A DNA stretch of 64,000 nt from Planctomycetota bacterium. Its GTDB lineage: Bacteria; Planctomycetota; UBA8108; SXIK01. Shown here one piece after another: positions 1 to 8,566 of the stretch (positions are counted from its first letter, which is position 1; each line of letters begins with the position of its first letter). The notes beneath the pieces were generated by a model. That model searched no databases. It saw only the letters and a program-made list of their open reading frames with translations, and was not told the DNA's origin. The stretch spans positions 7,200,001-7,264,000 of the forward strand of contig CBDCXR010000004.1 of NCBI GenBank assembly GCA_965223845.1, read 5' to 3'. Both the position numbers and the translations under genes were made by a program.

Positions 1-894
1 GACGAAGTGCGGCGGGCGCTTACTCGTAGTCTCTGCGAGCAGCCGCCGCGGCCGCGCAATCGTCCGTATCTCGAGGACGCGCTACTCGAGACGGACGATG
101 AGACCGTCCGCGCCGCCGCGATCGCGCTCACTCGATTCCGGCCGAGCGTAGAGCAGGATGTCGTTCAGGCTGCAATCTCGCGGATGGTGGAGCGGAGTGA
201 GCTCGTACGTGCGTGCGAGAAGTTCCTCGTCGCGATGACGGGCGAGAAGCGGGATGGCTACGAATCGAACGCGGAGGTACGGCGACGCGCGAGTGACGCC
301 GAACGCACCGCGGCGCTCGAGTTTTGGCGACTCTGGTACGCGCGGCAATTCGGTGAGCCGTTTCGTCCCGTAACCGACGAAGCGATCGTCGAAAAGTCGA
401 ACGAAGAAGTCCGGCGCTTCCTTCTCGGCGAAGAGGTTCGCGGCGGCGATCCCCGCCGCGGTGCCGCCATCTACGAGGCACTCTGCGTCAAGTGTCACGG
501 CGGTTCGAACAAGGGGCGAACCGTGGCCGCGATCTTCGGGCCGGATCTCGCCGGAGTGACGCGGCGCCTCAATCCCACGGAGTTCGCCGACGGCCTCGTC
601 GATCCGTCGAAAGTTGTCGCCGACCGCTACCGCGCGGTGATCGTGCAACTCGAGGACGGTCGCACCCTGACGGGCTTCGTGACGGAAGAGACGGAGAAGA
701 GACTCTCGCTCGCCACGCAGGAGCGAGTCGAGCGCATCGCCAGCGCAGAGATCGAAGTCGTCATGCCGCAGGAAACATCGCTCATGCCCGACGGCCTGCT
801 CAATCGACTCGAGTGGGGTGAGATTCGCAATCTCGTCGCGTACATCGAGGCCCTCGGCGCGAAGCCCGCGCCGGGAGTCGAGAAGACGGAGTGA
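1..894 (+). CDS. Haem c-binding domain protein (Pirellula/Verrucomicrobium-type CxxCH domain after a HEAT-like helical region), 5'-truncated
   Basis: Frame is open at the window edge. Contains GDPRRGAAIY, CVKCH, GPDLAGV, LVDPSKVV and SLMPDGL, typical of the C-terminus of planctomycete membrane-bound dehydrogenase-like proteins. Confidence 0.8.
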   Translation, partial: DEVRRALTRSLCEQPPRPRNRPYLEDALLETDDETVRAAAIALTRFRPSVEQDVVQAAISRMVERSELVRACEKFLVAMTGEKRDGYESNAEVRRRASDAERTAALEFWRLWYARQFGEPFRPVTDEAIVEKSNEEVRRFLLGEEVRGGDPRRGAAIYEALCVKCHGGSNKGRTVAAIFGPDLAGVTRRLNPTEFADGLVDPSKVVADRYRAVIVQLEDGRTLTGFVTEETEKRLSLATQERVERIASAEIEVVMPQETSLMPDGLLNRLEWGEIRNLVAYIEALGAKPAPGVEKTE

Positions 895-946
895 TCGCGA
901 GTGCGCACGGTGGCCAACAGGGCCCCGGAGAGAGGAGACTAGGTCT

Positions 947-1693
947 ATGCGCCGACGTCGTTCTTTGAATTCGATCACCGTCGCCGTCGTCACGGGAGCG
1001 CTCGCGGCGACCGTCTCGTGTGAAGCGCCGCATTCCGGAGTGACCGACTCGGGCGAGGCGGCGCCAATCCAGCCGCCGCCCGAAGAGGTCGCGCCGATCG
1101 TTCGGACCGACCCGGTCGCCGAAGATTGGCGGCCGCTTCTGTCGCCGGGCGGTCTCGGAGGGTGGAAGACGGCGGAGTTCGGCGGCCACGGGGAGCCCGA
1201 GGTCGACGGCGAGCGTCTCGTTCTTCCTATGGGAGAGTTCCTCACCGGCGTCGTGTGGACGAACGAGTTCCCCAGCCTCGACTACGAGATCGCGCTCGAC
1301 GCGATGCGAGTAGAAGGCCAGGATTTCTTCTGCGGCCTCACGTTTCCGTATCGCGACACCTGCGCGTCGCTCATCCTCGGCGGATGGGGCGGTCGGACCT
1401 GCGGGATCTCTTCGCTCGAGGGAGAGGATGCTTCGTCGAACGAGACAACCGACTACATCGGGTTCGAGACCGAGCGGTGGTACGCCGTGCGTCTCCGCGT
1501 GACCGGCGAACGAATCGAAGCGTGGGTCGATGAGCGAAAGATCGTCGATGTCGCGACGAAAGACCGCGTCATCGATATCCGACCCGAGGTCGATCTCTGC
1601 CGGCCGCTCGGTCTCGCGTCCTATCAGACGACGGCGGCTCTCCGCCGAATTCGCTGGCGGCCGGCGTCGCCGGAGTCCCCCGCGGCGGAGTGA
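947..1693 (+). CDS. DUF1080 (3-keto-disaccharide hydrolase-like) exported protein, possible lipoprotein
   Basis: ATG947 follows GGAGAGGAG. Basic then hydrophobic N-terminus ends in TVSC. Motifs DYEIALDAMRVEGQDFFCGLTFP, GGWGG and WYAVRLRVT. Confidence 0.75.
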   Translation: MRRRRSLNSITVAVVTGALAATVSCEAPHSGVTDSGEAAPIQPPPEEVAPIVRTDPVAEDWRPLLSPGGLGGWKTAEFGGHGEPEVDGERLVLPMGEFLTGVVWTNEFPSLDYEIALDAMRVEGQDFFCGLTFPYRDTCASLILGGWGGRTCGISSLEGEDASSNETTDYIGFETERWYAVRLRVTGERIEAWVDERKIVDVATKDRVIDIRPEVDLCRPLGLASYQTTAALRRIRWRPASPESPAAE

Positions 1694-2862
1694 GCTTCGA
1701 CGACCCGGGTGGAGCCGAACACGCGACGATGTGGACAACAGAGAACGACGGCGGGACGTATCGAGTCCTGGTGACGAAGGGGCTTCCGGGTGAGCGGTGG
1801 CGCGAGATTCTCGCGGACGCCGATTGCGCGGTCGTTTCGTGCGAGAGGGAAGCGGCGCTGAGTCCGGCGGAGATCCGAGCGGCCATCGGGGATCGCTGCG
1901 ACGGTGTGATCGGACAGCTCACCGAGCGGTGGGATGATCCCCTCTTCGCGGCACTGGGGGCAGCGGGCGGGCGGGTGTACTCGAACTATGCGGTCGGGTA
2001 CGACAACGTCGATGTCGCGGCCGCGACTGCGCGGCGAATCGCCGTCGGCAATACGCCCGGCGTCCTCACCGAGACGACCGCGGAGCTCGCCGCCGCGCTC
2101 ACGTTCGCCGCGGCGCGTCGCGTCGTCGAGTCGGATCGATTCGTCCGCGATGGTCGGTGGGACGGCTGGCTGCCCGGGATGTTTCTCGGCAAGAGACTCT
2201 ACGGGCAAACGCTCGGTGTCGTCGGTGCCGGTCGCATCGGGAGTGCGTACGCGCGCCTGCTCGGGGTGGGCTGCGGAATGGACGTCCTCTACCACGCCCG
2301 GAGCCGGAAGCCCGCACTCGAGTCGTACTTCGCGGCGGTGGCGCCTGCCGCGCTGGCCGCATCCGGTCGCGCACCCGGGTGCGAGTTTTGCCCCGATCTC
2401 GATGACCTCCTCGGGCGCGCCGACGTCGTCGCGCTTCACGTACCGCTGTCGGAGTCGACGCGGCAGCTCATCGGCCGCGAGCAACTGCGGCGGATGAAAT
2501 CCGACGCCGTTCTCGTCAACACGAGTCGCGGCGCGGTCATCGACGAGGCGGCACTCGTCGAGCATCTCCGGGAGAACTCCGAGTTTCGCGCCGGACTCGA
2601 CGTGTTCGAGCGCGAGCCCGAGCTCGCCCCGGGTCTCTCCGACCTTCCGAACGCCGTGATCGTTCCGCACATCGGAAGCGCCACGGTTTGGACGCGTGCC
2701 GGGATGGCGTCACTCGCCGCCGCGAACGTGGCAGGAGTGCTTCGGGGGGATCCACTCGCGGAGATTCTCGACATCGACGCGGTTCTCGCCGGTCCTTGCC
2801 CGCGATTCATACCATCGCTCGTCAACGCGGACCCACTCGGCTTCGCCTCCTCACCGGAGTGA
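1690..2862 (+). CDS. D-glycerate dehydrogenase / hydroxypyruvate reductase (D-2-hydroxyacid dehydrogenase family)
   Basis: Motifs AVGYDNVD, NTPGVLTETTAE, GAGRIG, VNTSRG, GLDVFERE and VPHIGSAT. GTG1690 overlaps the upstream stop; ATG1729 is an alternative start. Confidence 0.9.
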   Translation: MSFDDPGGAEHATMWTTENDGGTYRVLVTKGLPGERWREILADADCAVVSCEREAALSPAEIRAAIGDRCDGVIGQLTERWDDPLFAALGAAGGRVYSNYAVGYDNVDVAAATARRIAVGNTPGVLTETTAELAAALTFAAARRVVESDRFVRDGRWDGWLPGMFLGKRLYGQTLGVVGAGRIGSAYARLLGVGCGMDVLYHARSRKPALESYFAAVAPAALAASGRAPGCEFCPDLDDLLGRADVVALHVPLSESTRQLIGREQLRRMKSDAVLVNTSRGAVIDEAALVEHLRENSEFRAGLDVFEREPELAPGLSDLPNAVIVPHIGSATVWTRAGMASLAAANVAGVLRGDPLAEILDIDAVLAGPCPRFIPSLVNADPLGFASSPE

Positions 2863-3047
2863 CGTCGTCGGTCGGCCGAACGCGACACGAACGATCGCCC
2901 GGACGCCCGCTGAATCGCCTAGAAGTGCGTAGAAGGACGCGCAGCCGCTCCGCTATCCTGTTCCGCGTCGCCTGCATTCGCTCTCGAGTGAGTCGATCGC
3001 GACGGATCTCTCTTTCCTCTCGTGTGCAATCGAATCGGAGACGAACT

Positions 3048-4265
3048 ATGTCCCTCAAGAGAGCTGGTGCGCTGGCGTTTGCGGTCTTTGCGTTGACGGC
3101 GTTTCGACCGGAGCCGATCGCGGCGCAGGCGTCGATCCGCGTCCGCGTCGAATCGGGTCCGCACGCCCGCTTCGAGACGCCGATCCGCTGCGAGATTCCG
3201 GATGGGATCGGCGAGAGCCTCGGTTGTCCCTCCGTATACTCTGCGTCGGGGACTGTGATGCCAGCGCAGTGGGAAACGCCGGAGAAGCGGGCGATCGTCT
3301 TCGTTCTCCGAGAGCGCCTCGGTCCGAAGGAAACGCACATCTACCGGATCGCCGATGGCCCCTGTACGGCCGACGTCTCGGTCTCGGACGAGGAAGGGAA
3401 GCACCTCGTCTGCCGCGTCGGTGAGGACGAAGTGCTCCGCTACAACTACGGCGTCATGGAGCCGCCGGAGGGGTACGGCGAGCTCTACGCGCGAAGCGGC
3501 TACATCCATCCGATTCGCGCGCCGTCCGGGCGCATCGTATCGAACGATTTCCCGCCCCAACACAAGCACCACCACGGAATTTGGTTCCCGTGGACCGCAA
3601 CCGAGTTTCAAGGTCGCAAGGTCGACTTTTGGAACTCGGGGAAGGGCGAAGGGCGAATCGAATGCACCGGAGTCCAGGGCTACACGTCCGGTCATGTCTA
3701 CGGCCGCTTTGCAACGGGTCAGCGATTTCTCGATCTCAAGGCCCCGTCTGGTCCGATCGAAGTCCTTCGCGAGCAGTGGGACGTCCGGGTGTACTCCCAG
3801 TCGAAGTACAACCTGATCGACTTCGAGTCCGTGCAGGAGTGCTCGACGGAGGACTCGCTCAAGCTCCTTCAGAACCGCTACGGCGGATTCGGCTTTCGGG
3901 GCTCCCACGAGTGGGAGGGCGAGCACGTCGAGTTTCTAACGAGTGAAGGAAAGACGCGAAAGGACGGGCACGCGACTACCGCGCGGTGGTGCGCCGTGTA
4001 CGGAAAGGTCGACGGATCGACCTGCGGAGTGACGTTCTTCTGTCACCCGGAGAACTTTCGAGCGCCGCAGAACATGCGGATCCATCCGAACGAGCCGTTC
4101 TTCAATTGGGCGCCTTGCCAAGCCGGTGATTTCGCGATCGAGCCCGGGAAGCCGTACCGATCGCGGTATCGCTTCGTCGTCTACGAGGGCGCGCCCGATG
4201 TCGGGGAGATGGAGCGTCTCTGGCGCGACTACGTCGATCCGCCGAAGGTCACCGTCCTACGCTGA
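3048..4265 (+). CDS. DUF6807 / PmoA-like family secreted protein
   Basis: ATG3048 follows GGAG and a signal peptide is present. Motifs RSGYIHPI, HKHHHGIWF, VDFW and RYGGFGFRG. Confidence 0.7.
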   Translation: MSLKRAGALAFAVFALTAFRPEPIAAQASIRVRVESGPHARFETPIRCEIPDGIGESLGCPSVYSASGTVMPAQWETPEKRAIVFVLRERLGPKETHIYRIADGPCTADVSVSDEEGKHLVCRVGEDEVLRYNYGVMEPPEGYGELYARSGYIHPIRAPSGRIVSNDFPPQHKHHHGIWFPWTATEFQGRKVDFWNSGKGEGRIECTGVQGYTSGHVYGRFATGQRFLDLKAPSGPIEVLREQWDVRVYSQSKYNLIDFESVQECSTEDSLKLLQNRYGGFGFRGSHEWEGEHVEFLTSEGKTRKDGHATTARWCAVYGKVDGSTCGVTFFCHPENFRAPQNMRIHPNEPFFNWAPCQAGDFAIEPGKPYRSRYRFVVYEGAPDVGEMERLWRDYVDPPKVTVLR

Positions 4266-4440
4266 TCGCCGCTCGATCGGGCGGGGGTTCGCGGTCCTCT
4301 CCGCCGCCCGGGACGGATTGGTCGCAGAAGCCTCTTCCTTCACCGCCGGCTTCGAGTATGGTTTCGCTTCTCGACCGGCGCACCCGCGGAGTCGGCGTAC
4401 GTCACGGTGGGGCGCGAGACCCGATACGAAAGGAGAGCGC

Positions 4441-4869
4441 ATGGCGGAGTTCGGCATCGAAACCCGCTGGACCGGTAGTCTGAGCGGAGAGGCCGCCGCC
4501 GAGGGTGTCGACGCGGCTCTCGGCTTCGGCGTGCCGAAGGAGTTTGGCGGAGCGGGAGGCGAGTGGACGCCGGAGCACCTTCTCGCGGCGGCGGTCGCGA
4601 GCTGCATCCAGTCGACGTTTTTTTTCGTCGCGAAGCAGTCGAAGGTCGAGGTGAAGGCCTATCGGAGCTCCGCACGGTGCGGGATGGCGCCGGGAAGCGG
4701 CGGATACACGTTGACCGGCATCGAGATTGCGGCGACAGCGGTGGTCGCCGACGAGGCGACGCGAGCCCGCGCCGAGAGAGCTCTCGAGAAAGCGGACTCG
4801 CTCTGCCCGATTTCGAAATCGCTCGGCGGTCTCGTCACCTTTGAAGGCACCGTGGAGGTCGAAGGATGA
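4441..4869 (+). CDS. OsmC/Ohr family protein
   Basis: AGGAG precedes ATG4441. Two-cysteine pattern PKEFGG..TPEHLLAAAVASC...CPISK. Confidence 0.85.
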   Translation: MAEFGIETRWTGSLSGEAAAEGVDAALGFGVPKEFGGAGGEWTPEHLLAAAVASCIQSTFFFVAKQSKVEVKAYRSSARCGMAPGSGGYTLTGIEIAATAVVADEATRARAERALEKADSLCPISKSLGGLVTFEGTVEVEG

Positions 4870-5867
4870 GCGAAGCTCTGCGCTGGGGGATCTTGAGCAC
4901 GGCGAAAATCGGCATCGAGAAGGTCATTCCGGCGATGCAGAAGGGGCAGTACACGCAGGTGAGCGCGATCGCCTCGCGCGACCTCGGTCGCGCCGAAAGC
5001 GCAGCGAAGGAGCTCGGGATTCCGCGTGCGTACGGGAGCTACGAGGAGCTGTGCGCCGATTCGGAGATCGACGCGATCTACAACCCGCTTCCGAATCACC
5101 TCCACGTCTCGTGGACGATCCGGGCGGCGGAGGCCGGGAAGCACGTCCTCTGCGAGAAACCGATCGCGCTCTCGGCGGAAGAAGCCTCAGAGCTCATCGC
5201 GGCTCGGGACCGGACGGGCGTCAAGATCCAAGAAGCGTTCATGGTGCGGACGCATCCTCAGTGGATCAAGGTGCTCGAGACTGTTCGTTCGGGCGCGGTG
5301 GGAGAGATCCGTTCCGTCCAGGGCTTCTTCAGCTACTTCAACGACGATCCGAACAATATCCGCAACATCCTCGAGATCGGCGGCGGCGGCGTCATGGACA
5401 TCGGGTGCTATCCGATCACGACCTCACGCTTCGTCTACGGCGAGGAGCCGCGACGTGTCGTCGCGCTCGTCGATCGCGACGAACGCTTCAAGACGGATCG
5501 ATTGACGTCCGCGATCCTCGATTACCCGTCCGGTCAGTGCGTTTTCACGTGCAGCACGCAGCTCGTGCCCTACCAGCGGATGCACTTCTTCGGGACGAAG
5601 GGGCGCATGGAGGTCGAGATTCCCTTCAACGCGCCGAACGACCGACCCTGCCGCGTATTCGTCGACGGCGGCGATCTTCTCGGCCGCGAGATCGAAACGA
5701 TGTCGCTCGACACTTGCGATCAGTACACGGTTCAGGGCGACCGCTTTTCCGAGTCGATTCTCCGCGGCGAGGAGCAGCCGATTCCGCTCGAGGACGCGAT
5801 CGCGAACATGCGAGTGATCGAGGCCGTTCTCCGATCGGCGGAAACGGGTGCGTGGGAAGTCCCCTGA
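4866..5867 (+). CDS. Gfo/Idh/MocA family NAD(P)-dependent oxidoreductase
   Basis: Motifs WGILSTAKIG, YNPLPNHLH, GKHVLCEKP and GGGVMDIGCY. ATGA overlap with the OsmC stop. Confidence 0.9.
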   Translation: MSEALRWGILSTAKIGIEKVIPAMQKGQYTQVSAIASRDLGRAESAAKELGIPRAYGSYEELCADSEIDAIYNPLPNHLHVSWTIRAAEAGKHVLCEKPIALSAEEASELIAARDRTGVKIQEAFMVRTHPQWIKVLETVRSGAVGEIRSVQGFFSYFNDDPNNIRNILEIGGGGVMDIGCYPITTSRFVYGEEPRRVVALVDRDERFKTDRLTSAILDYPSGQCVFTCSTQLVPYQRMHFFGTKGRMEVEIPFNAPNDRPCRVFVDGGDLLGREIETMSLDTCDQYTVQGDRFSESILRGEEQPIPLEDAIANMRVIEAVLRSAETGAWEVP

Positions 5868-5936
5868 AGCGGCGTTTGGGCAGTACCCTCGTCCCGACCC
5901 GCGCCGCGGACAGGATTCCGAATTGGCGCTTCGCCG

Positions 5937-5945
5937 TGGTACTCT
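5937..5945 (+). promoter_or_regulatory. Putative extended -10 promoter element (TGgTACTCT)
   Basis: TGnTAnnnT match in the intergenic gap about 100 nt upstream of ATG6043. Confidence 0.35.
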
Positions 5946-6042
5946 CGTGTCGCCGACCCGGGCTAGGTCTCGCTCCGCCCGCGGTCCGAGCGGCGAGGCC
6001 GCTGAACTTCAATCAAGTGTTTCCCTCGATCGAGGATCTCGC

Positions 6043-6801
6043 ATGAAGAGTCTCGGAGCCCAAATTCTCGTTCTCCTCGCGCTCGCGGGGGTCACCGGGA
6101 CGATCGCGAAGATCGCGCGCGAGGGAGATCCGGAGAAGGATCTCGCCTGGTCGACGAACCTCTACGACACGTCGGTGAAGCCGGCACCGGCGAACGATCC
6201 GGAGACTCCGAGCTCGACCCCGGACGGCGGCCCCGCGCCGGCACCGGAGGAGAACCCGTCGGATCCGAAGGCGACGACTCCGAGCGGCGACCCCACCGCA
6301 CCCACGACCTCGTCCAGCGGGAACGGCGCAGCGAACGCGAGCGCAGCGCCGCCCGAAACGGCGACGGACCCACCGCCGAGCGACGACAAGGATGCCGAAT
6401 CGGAACCCGAAGACGGCTTCGATCGCCTCGAGTTCGCTGGGGCGCGCGAAGAGTTCGAGAGTGGGGCGACGTTCATCGATGCGCGGAGGACGCGCGAGTA
6501 CGTCGAAGGGCACATCACGGGCGCGGTGTCTCTCTCGCCTTATGAGCAGTCTCAGTTCGCCGAGAAGATCGTCGCGCTCCAGGAAAGCGTTCCCGAGGAG
6601 GCGACGCTCGTCGTCTACTGCTCGGCGAGCGCGGACTGCGAAGATTCCGCCATGGTTGCGAAACAGCTTCAGAATGCCGGATTCGTCGACGTTCGCATCT
6701 ACAAAGGCGGGTTCCCGGAGTGGGAAGCGAAGCTAAAAGATGATCCCGTGCGCGACAAGCTGATCACGAAGGGCGCGGAGCCCGGGGAGATCGATCAATG
6801 A
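6043..6801 (+). CDS. Membrane-anchored rhodanese-domain protein with Pro/Ser/Thr-rich linker
   Basis: N-terminal hydrophobic segment, then a low-complexity linker. Motifs FIDARR..EYVEGHITGA, VVYCSASADC and YKGGFPEW. Confidence 0.85.
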   Translation: MKSLGAQILVLLALAGVTGTIAKIAREGDPEKDLAWSTNLYDTSVKPAPANDPETPSSTPDGGPAPAPEENPSDPKATTPSGDPTAPTTSSSGNGAANASAAPPETATDPPPSDDKDAESEPEDGFDRLEFAGAREEFESGATFIDARRTREYVEGHITGAVSLSPYEQSQFAEKIVALQESVPEEATLVVYCSASADCEDSAMVAKQLQNAGFVDVRIYKGGFPEWEAKLKDDPVRDKLITKGAEPGEIDQ

Positions 6802-7283
6802 ACTGGATGCGGAACCGCTGGCTCACGATCGGCTGCGCGGTTGTTCTCGGTGGGTTCTTTCTCTACGCGTGCGGCCACAAGATCGCCGATCCGCCCGATT
6901 TCGCGAAGAGCGTCAACAACTACAAGCTCCTGCCGAGCGAATACGTCAACTACGTCGCGATCTTCATGCCGTGGCTCGAGCTCTTCCTCGGAATTGCTCT
7001 CGTCACCGGACTCGCGCGGCGCGGCGCGGCGTTCCTCTCGGGTGGATTGCTCGTCCTCTTTATCGCGGCGCTTACGTACAACCTCTGGCGCGGTATCCCG
7101 ACGATCTGCGGGTGCACCCTCACGTACGAGGAGGCGAAGAACTTCACCGACGAGGAGAAGTTCCGTCAGATGAAGTGGACGATTGCGCGCGACGTTGGGT
7201 TGCTTCTCCTCGCGGCGCAGGTGTACATCGCCACCTGTCCCTGCTGGGGAAAGAAGGCGACCGGCGGCGGCGCCGCCGCCTGA
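6798..7283 (+). CDS. MauE/DoxX family membrane protein
   Basis: Four hydrophobic segments. Motifs KIADPPDFAKSV.NY, PWLELFLG, ICGC and ARD. ATGA overlap with the rhodanese stop. Confidence 0.85.
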   Translation: MNWMRNRWLTIGCAVVLGGFFLYACGHKIADPPDFAKSVNNYKLLPSEYVNYVAIFMPWLELFLGIALVTGLARRGAAFLSGGLLVLFIAALTYNLWRGIPTICGCTLTYEEAKNFTDEEKFRQMKWTIARDVGLLLLAAQVYIATCPCWGKKATGGGAAA

Positions 7284-7305
7284 CGCGTCCGTCTACGGCG
7301 AACGA

Positions 7306-8469
7306 ATGACGGAGCGAGATCCGATCGCGGCGGACTCGAGGACGCTCGTTTTCGGGCGACGGCACGCGCGGCGCTCGGAGCGCTTCTGCGACGGCCGCCT
7401 GGAGATCAGCTCGCCGCGCGGGACGAGCGCCGTCGATAGTCTGCTCCTGAGCGCCCTCTCTCAACGAATCGAGGGGCGCGTGCTCTCGATCCGGAGTCGG
7501 GAGGGCGTCGTCGCGCTGGGTGCGGCGTCTCTGTTTCCCGAGGCGGACGTCGTTCACTTCGATCTCGACGCCTTCGAACGTCACCGGGCGATCGCCGCCG
7601 CGGTGCGTAATGGTGTCGAGCGTGTGAGCTGGTATATCGGGGCGGACTTGCCCCCGGGGCCGTTCGATTGGGTGCTTCTCGCCGCACCCGGAAGCGGAGA
7701 CGCAGCGCTCGCGGGGGATCTCGTCCGTCAGAGTTTCGTGCGACTGACGGATCGCGGAAAGATCGTCGTCGCGACAGACGCGCGGCGCGACCGATGGGTT
7801 CACGCACGGATCCGGGATGTCTTCGGAGATGTGACGATTCACGTGAAATCGCGCGCGGGAATCGTCTACGTGGCGCGGAAGCCACCCGGCCGTTCGACGC
7901 GCACGCGAAACACCGCGCGAGAATGTACGGGGCGACTCTTCGATCGTGTCATCTCGCTCGTCAGCCGTCCCGGGGTGTTCGGGCACGGGAAGGTGGACGA
8001 CGGAGCGCTCTCCCTCGCCGACGTGGCCGGAGTGAAGGACGATGCGCGCAGCGTCGATCTCGGCTGCGGGAGCGGAGCGATCGGCGTCGCAGCTGCGCTC
8101 GCCGCACCGAACGGCACGGCACTCCTCGTCGACTCGAACGCGCGCGCTGTCGCCTGCGCCCGCGAGAACCTCGCGCGAAACGGTGCTGCGAACGGCGCTG
8201 CGACGCTCGCGTACGATCTCTCCGCGGTGCGAGGCGGAAGCGTCGACCTCGTCTTCGCCAATCCTCCCTATTTCGGCGATTTCCGAATCGCGGAGCGGTT
8301 CACGCGCGATGCGGCGCGCGTTCTCGCTCCCGGGGGAGAGTACTATCTCGTCACCAAGAGCGTCGAGCGTCCGGAGGCGATCTGCCGAGAGTCGTTCGCC
8401 GAGCTCGAACGGTTCTCACGGCGCGGTTACACCGTGTTTCGTTGTACCGCGCCCCGGTCGAGCGGTTGA
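7306..8469 (+). CDS. Class I SAM-dependent methyltransferase, RsmC/RlmG-like two-domain type
   Basis: SRPGVFGHGKVDDG, DLGCGSG and ANPPY in the C-terminal domain; the N-terminal methyltransferase-like domain is degenerate. Confidence 0.8.
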   Translation: MTERDPIAADSRTLVFGRRHARRSERFCDGRLEISSPRGTSAVDSLLLSALSQRIEGRVLSIRSREGVVALGAASLFPEADVVHFDLDAFERHRAIAAAVRNGVERVSWYIGADLPPGPFDWVLLAAPGSGDAALAGDLVRQSFVRLTDRGKIVVATDARRDRWVHARIRDVFGDVTIHVKSRAGIVYVARKPPGRSTRTRNTARECTGRLFDRVISLVSRPGVFGHGKVDDGALSLADVAGVKDDARSVDLGCGSGAIGVAAALAAPNGTALLVDSNARAVACARENLARNGAANGAATLAYDLSAVRGGSVDLVFANPPYFGDFRIAERFTRDAARVLAPGGEYYLVTKSVERPEAICRESFAELERFSRRGYTVFRCTAPRSSG

Positions 8470-8566
8470 GAACGGCGGCTTGACGTCGTGTTTTTGCTCC
8501 CGCGTCGTCGCGTGGCAAGTCGCGCATCCTCTTGACAATCGATCGGCGTCCAACGTCGATGGATGC

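Noticed and set aside
3048-4265. 'PmoA' read as methane monooxygenase
   Set aside because: It is a soluble exported protein with no multi-TM pattern, and pmoB/pmoC are absent.
8532-8537. Perfect TTGACA upstream of the Zn dehydrogenase
   Set aside because: There is no convincing -10 box at 16-18 nt spacing, and it may belong to another arrangement, so it was not called.
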